NCBI GenBank assembly: GCA_046581755.1
Contig: JAYGFR010000344.1
Coordinates: forward strand, 1 to 10,944
Source: Nitrospinota bacterium
Lineage (GTDB): Bacteria > UBA8248
Length of the DNA: 10,944 bases
Direction: 5' to 3'
Shown: one piece after another, positions 6,648-10,944 of the stretch
How the letters are laid out: each line of letters opens with the position of its first letter
Numbering within the stretch: position 1 is the stretch's first letter
The notes under the pieces: generated by a model
Told to the model about the DNA's origin: nothing
Seen by the model: only the letters and a program-made list of their open reading frames with translations
The model's database searches: none
Program-made: the position numbers and the translations under genes

Positions 6648-7244
6648 CTACTTCGCGGCCTCGAAACGCTCCGCCACGTCGGCCCAGTTGACGACGTTCC
6701 ACCAGGCCTCGATGTATTTGGGCCGGAGGTTCTGGTAGTTGAGGTAATAAGCGTGCTCCCAAACGTCGATGCCCAGGAGGGGGATGAAACCCTCGGTGCG
6801 GACGCTGGTCTGGTTGGGCATGGGCTTGATCTCGACCGAGCCGGAGCCGGCCTTGGTGCAGAGCCAGCACCAGCCGCTGCCCTGGATGGGGGCCGCCATG
6901 GTGGAGAATTTTTCCTTGAACGCGGCGAAGTCGCCGATGGCATCGGCCAGGGCGCCGCTCGGCTCGCCGCCGTCCGGGCTCATGTTGGCCCAGTAGATGC
7001 AGTGGTTGTCGAAGCCGCCGCCGTTGAAGTTGATGGCGCCCTTCTTGTCGGCGGGCGCGGCGTCGAGGTTTGAGAGAATGTCCTCTATGCTCTTGCCCTC
7101 GAGGTCGGAGCCGGCGATGGCGTTGTTGAGGTTGGTGGCGTAGCCGTTGTGATGCTTGGTGTGGTGGATCTCCATGGTGCGCGCATCGATATGGGGTTCG
7201 AGAGCGTCGTAAGCGTAACTCAGCTTGGGAATTTCAAAAGCCAT
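6648..7244 (-). CDS. sodA: Fe/Mn superoxide dismutase, Mn-type signature
   Basis: YDALEPHI, TMEIHHTKHH, NGGG..NH, GSGW, NQ, DVWEHAYY. NGGG plus NQ is Mn-type rather than the Fe-type NAAQ/NAG. SD GAGGAG. Confidence 0.93.
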   Translation of the reverse strand: MAFEIPKLSYAYDALEPHIDARTMEIHHTKHHNGYATNLNNAIAGSDLEGKSIEDILSNLDAAPADKKGAINFNGGGFDNHCIYWANMSPDGGEPSGALADAIGDFAAFKEKFSTMAAPIQGSGWCWLCTKAGSGSVEIKPMPNQTSVRTEGFIPLLGIDVWEHAYYLNYQNLRPKYIEAWWNVVNWADVAERFEAAK

Positions 7245-7312
7245 GGTCGATATCTCCTCGTTAGTAGGATAGGGCCGCCGGGAGCAAATCGCTCCCCGGC
7301 GCGCCGCCTAGA

Positions 7313-7391
7313 TGAACGGTATCGCCGCCGGCCGCACAGATGCCGGTTGATCTGCGTATTCGATTTTGAGAAAGAAGGGAACTCCCCTCCA
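7313..7391 (-). ncRNA. Candidate degenerate yybP-ykoY (Mn2+) riboswitch in the sod leader
   Basis: GGGGAGT ... AATAC plus hairpin ... GGCGATACC occur in the expected order, with a possible closing stem. The inner stems pair poorly. Confidence 0.3.
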
Positions 7392-7401
7392 AGAGGTGCG
7401 C

Positions 7402-7430
7402 ATCATATTCAAGACCCCAGCCCCCGTCAA
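7402..7430 (-). promoter_or_regulatory. Sigma70-type promoter of sod(-prx)
   Basis: TTGACG (7430-7425), 17-nt spacer, TATGAT (7407-7402). Confidence 0.75.
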
Positions 7431-7619
7431 TTTCGGGAGGGCCAAAACGGGGACCCATTCCATACCATTTCATCGAAAATAAACGGCCCATCGAAACAAA
7501 CAGGTCATCGTCATTCAAACTGCCAAATTAACCCTGCAATTCGCACTGCCCTTGGCTCTGCCCTTTAGAGGAGGGCGGCTCTCGCCGTGAACGAGCGGGG
7601 GTTGCCGAGGGTGGGGAGG

Positions 7620-7990
7620 TTTCGGCGGGAATTGGCGATGGTCCCCGAATTCGGGGTCAGTCCGCGAAAATACTGAAATTTTTTAAATGGATTCGGGTTT
7701 TTGGGTGAATCATGGGGAGGTTATTCTGGAAATGCGGTGGTTTGGGGAATTTTTTGTGTCTCCGGGCGCATCTTAGGGGAATTTGGACAGATTTCTGGGA
7801 TTTTGAGCGGGTTTTCGGGGGGTGTTCGGGCGTGTCTTGGGGGGGGGGCTGCGATTCACCCCGCAAATCCGGTATTTTGCGCGCGTCTTGGCGGGTTTCC
7901 GTGAGATTGCCCGCAAATCCGGGTGATTGGGCGGGTATTGGGGGATTTTGGGGAAATTGCCCGCAAATTCGGCGGGGGTGTTTCGAAATA
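7620..7990. repeat. G/T-skewed non-coding tract with ~10-bp periodicity and degenerate 50-bp repeats
   Basis: CCCGCAAATYCGG at 7860, 7910 and 7960. Units 7861-7910 and 7911-7960 share 37/50 positions by hand count. T-tracts start near 7741, 7750, 7771, 7782, 7792, 7801 and 7812. Confidence 0.75.
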
Positions 7991-8035
7991 TTTGCCCTAG
8001 GGGGGGGATCCGGCCCCGGCGCGGGGAGGGCCGGC

Positions 8036-9700
8036 TCAGACGCTCTCGGCGATCCGCGCGGCCTCAATCAGGGCGGCGCAGGCGCGGTTCCGCTCACGGA
8101 CGAGGCGGGTGTAAAGCACCCGGCCTTCGTGGGTTTTCGAGCCCGCTTCGAGAAAATCGTCCACCCGGGAGAGACTCGGAAGCACCTGGGCCCCGGATGC
8201 GGGGTCATGGTCAAAGGGGCCTTGCTGGGTGTAAAGAACCGCGTTCAAGGCATGGCTGATCCGCCGGGCCGCCAGGTTCAGGGCCTCGGGATCCACGGCC
8301 TTGGCTTTTTCCATCATGGATTCCGCCGATTTCCGGAACCGCTCCGCCGCGTTGAAGGCAGGCCCAAAGTCGAACGCGCCGCCTGCCCGCTCGTTCAGTC
8401 CCACAAGCGCTTGATCGATTGCATCCGCCGTGGAGCGCGGGTCGAGCGGAAATCGCTCGGCCGTGCAGAGTTCAAGGAGCGCGCCCGCATAGAGGCGAGT
8501 GTGCTCGGTGAGGAGGTCTTTGTCCATTTTATCAAGGGTGTCGGCCGGGTTATGCCAGTATTCGGGGAACCCGCCTTCAGGATGATCTTTTTGAAGATCG
8601 GGGGCTTCGGGCGGCAGGACCGGAAGAAACGAAAAAGATGGAATGCCCACTCCCCAGAACGATTGATCGGCTATCTTCCGGGGATTTTCCGGGACCGTTT
8701 CCTGCCCCCCGAGACGGCTAACGGCATCCTTTACCCAGGCGGAGATGTCGGCCGTGCAAAATGGCCGGTAAATAGTGCATTGTCGACATCCTGGCTGGTC
8801 GATGTTGAGGTAGGCGGCGCAATTGGACCGGAGATCCTCGAACATATGATCAGAATACCAAGTGGAGCCCGAGAAGCGTCCGTGTGAATGTCCATTCCAC
8901 CAAGCCACGCGCAGACCGCGCTTGAGCTCATTGCGGCGGCCGTGAATGACCCGCGCCAGCTCCATCAGGGTGGTATCGCCCGCACCGTTGTCGTTAGCGC
9001 CAAACTGCCATGAGTCGATGTGCCCGGCAACGAGGACGTACTCCTTGCTCACCGAGGGAGGAGGGATGGTGGCCACCGGCATGGTGGTCTTTCGCCACCG
9101 TGTGTCAATCTGGGCGTGAATGCGGAGTTGGACTTCATGTTTGGATTTGATGAGATCGATCAGGCCCTGACCCTGCTCCCGGGAGAGCGTGACGACGGGC
9201 GTCGCCGGGAGCCGGCCCACGCTTTCCGGGGTGGGCGAGCCCCAGATGGTCGAGACGGTCATCTCGTGGGCGACGCCCATATTGACGTATACCTGTCCAA
9301 TCGCCCCCGCCTGCTCAAAGGCATAGAAACGGCCTGGAGAGAGCATCCTTTCGGCGACGATGATTCTGCCCGCAACGGGGCCTTCAGGCGCCAGTGCCTC
9401 GCCCACGTAGACGGCATCTCCGGTGACTCCCGCAACACCCGTTGAAGCGCCGAAGACCGCCGTAATGGCGGGGATGTGCTCGGGCGGCTCACCCAGAATA
9501 TCGAGCGAAGTTTTTCCGGGAATGCTTATCAAGGCGTCGAGTTCATGAATTTTTACATCGATCCCAAGAGCCGAGAGTTCTCGGGCGATGTATTCCACAG
9601 CTTGGGCTTCGCCGGGGGTTCCGGTGTAGCGCTCCCATTGGCATATGGCCTCAAGGTGCTTCCATAAATGGTCGGTGCTAACTTCGGTGGCTATGGACAT
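8036..9700 (-). CDS. M28-family metallopeptidase with PA-like insert
   Basis: RYTGTPGE, GHIDSW, GANDNGAG, NIDQPG, YWHNPADT; SD AGGAG; no signal peptide evident. Confidence 0.9.
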   Translation of the reverse strand: MSIATEVSTDHLWKHLEAICQWERYTGTPGEAQAVEYIARELSALGIDVKIHELDALISIPGKTSLDILGEPPEHIPAITAVFGASTGVAGVTGDAVYVGEALAPEGPVAGRIIVAERMLSPGRFYAFEQAGAIGQVYVNMGVAHEMTVSTIWGSPTPESVGRLPATPVVTLSREQGQGLIDLIKSKHEVQLRIHAQIDTRWRKTTMPVATIPPPSVSKEYVLVAGHIDSWQFGANDNGAGDTTLMELARVIHGRRNELKRGLRVAWWNGHSHGRFSGSTWYSDHMFEDLRSNCAAYLNIDQPGCRQCTIYRPFCTADISAWVKDAVSRLGGQETVPENPRKIADQSFWGVGIPSFSFLPVLPPEAPDLQKDHPEGGFPEYWHNPADTLDKMDKDLLTEHTRLYAGALLELCTAERFPLDPRSTADAIDQALVGLNERAGGAFDFGPAFNAAERFRKSAESMMEKAKAVDPEALNLAARRISHALNAVLYTQQGPFDHDPASGAQVLPSLSRVDDFLEAGSKTHEGRVLYTRLVRERNRACAALIEAARIAESV

Positions 9701-9803
9701 GAAGGCTCCTTCAAATCACGGTCTATAAATTAAGTTAACCTTAGGATTGGGATGAAAATAAAAACAGAGGGTCAAAGCATGACGGTGGGGAGCAGTATTT
9801 ATG

Positions 9804-10610
9804 TCAAGTGACAGAGGTCATCCCTTCTAACAATCGGAGAAGTTCATCCTGTTCGGTTTCAGGTAAATTCACCTTGAGGCCAACTGACCAGGGGCTATTT
9901 TGGTTGCCACTCTTTTCGCACCAGGCGACCATGACCTTTTCCCAGTGGTAAACCTTATCGCTAATACTTATGGAAATTCCGAATTCGCCGTCCGGCTCCG
10001 GTTTTTTCGAAATCGACAAGAGCAACCCGCCTGCTGAGATATTTAGCAGGGCGACCGGGTCGTCGGATAGGGCCGGGATGTCCACAACCCCCGGCACGAC
10101 AAACCGAAAATTTTGGCGAAGCTCCGTGTCTGTGGGTTCCGGTGGAGTTTTCTCGGGTTGGGTCTTTTCGAGCTGCGCTTGCTGTTTGTTGTTATTCCGG
10201 ATCACGTTGGCCAGTTGAAAAACGATGGCTGTCGATATGGCAGGGTTCTCCTGGATGAGCAAGAGAAGGTGCTCCTTCCGCATGGCGAGGAATGTGGAAT
10301 CCCCGCTGGCGATGGCGGTGGCAGAGCGTCCCTCGGAGCCGAAGAGCGTCATTTCTCCGAAAGAAGCTTTTTCCTTAAGGACCGCCAACCGAACTTCCCC
10401 GAGAGCGCCATGGTTTTTCATGATCTCGATCTCACCGTCCACAATGACATAAAGGTAGTCCGCCGGATCGCCTTCGTTGAATAGAATGTCCCCGTCCTGA
10501 AAGGTCATCTCCTCGGAAATGTTGGTCAAAATTTTCAGTTGCTCGGGCAGCATCGATTCGAAAAGGCTGACCGTTTTCAAAAAAAGCGCTTTTTCGATGG
10601 AGGAAAGCAT
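9804..10610 (-). CDS. Cyclic-nucleotide-binding domain fused to a PilZ domain
   Basis: cNMP domain LFNEGDPADYLYVIVDGEI...FGEMTLFGSEGRSATA. PilZ motifs RQNFR (RxxxR) and NISAGG (D/NxSxxG). ATG 10610 follows GAGG; alternative start 10643. Confidence 0.88.
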   Translation of the reverse strand: MLSSIEKALFLKTVSLFESMLPEQLKILTNISEEMTFQDGDILFNEGDPADYLYVIVDGEIEIMKNHGALGEVRLAVLKEKASFGEMTLFGSEGRSATAIASGDSTFLAMRKEHLLLLIQENPAISTAIVFQLANVIRNNNKQQAQLEKTQPEKTPPEPTDTELRQNFRFVVPGVVDIPALSDDPVALLNISAGGLLLSISKKPEPDGEFGISISISDKVYHWEKVMVAWCEKSGNQNSPWSVGLKVNLPETEQDELLRLLEGMTSVT

Positions 10611-10715
10611 ATGGATCAAACCTCTATTAACCGTTCGCCGCATGAGGAGCCGGATTCCGGGCGCGCGGTTTCAATAAGTCCCATCAACCATCATAACCTT
10701 ATTCGCGCAGAACCC

Positions 10716-10766
10716 CTGAAATTTATCACTTTGGGGAAGTATAATATATTGGGCAAATGGATCGAA
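10716..10766. promoter_or_regulatory. Possible overlapping divergent promoters
   Basis: Plus strand: CTGAAA-18-TATAAT (10740-10745). Minus strand: TTCGAT-17-TATACT (10743-10738). The window ends in ggaaggagc, an SD-like sequence for a possible rightward gene outside the window. Confidence 0.3.
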
Positions 10767-10944
10767 GCTGAGATCTTTGGACAGGGTGCGTTGAAATGGG
10801 AGAAAGAAGAGGGGAATCCGCGTAATATCTCCCTCCCACGCCGAACGGCAATATTCGGGGCATTGTATGGGTTCAGGACCTAGTGGAGCATTCGGGGTGA
10901 TACGCTAAGAGACACTTTCTGAGCAATTCATCTTTGGAAGGAGC

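Noticed and set aside
7853..7977. CRISPR array
   Set aside because: Repeat core is only 13-18 nt, the intervening sequences resemble each other, and no cas genes are present.
7657..8887. ORFs 7657..8067 (-), 7701..7904 (+) and 7712..8887 (+)
   Set aside because: Low-complexity translations of the skewed repeat tract or antisense to the M28 gene.
10750..10860. c-di-GMP riboswitch near the PilZ gene (GGCAAA at ~10752)
   Set aside because: The remaining GEMM elements (GNRA-capped stem, GACGCAAA, receptor stem) are absent.

Overview
GC-rich bacterial chromosomal window of mostly metabolic and stress genes, with several signs of genome decay. Left to right: (1) a leftward run of three overlapping small ORFs, none given as such in the ORF track, ending in an excisionase-like HTH gene cut by the window edge; (2) a secreted miniature FGE-sulfatase/C-type-lectin-fold protein and a cupin; (3) a probably leaderless LysR regulator divergent from an unannotated 5' remnant of glutamate synthase gltB with its catalytic Cys lost; (4) metF; (5) a secreted 4x-PASTA gene built from 213-bp tandem repeats and broken by two in-frame stops; (6) an AhpE-like peroxiredoxin and an Mn-type SOD whose ~150-nt leader resembles a degenerate yybP-ykoY Mn riboswitch; (7) a ~350-bp non-coding tract with 10-bp and 50-bp periodicity; (8) an M28 peptidase with an atypical active-site motif; (9) a cNMP-binding/PilZ fusion. 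I saw no tRNA, rRNA, CRISPR array, integrase or reverse transcriptase. All family calls come from motif recognition by eye, not database searches.
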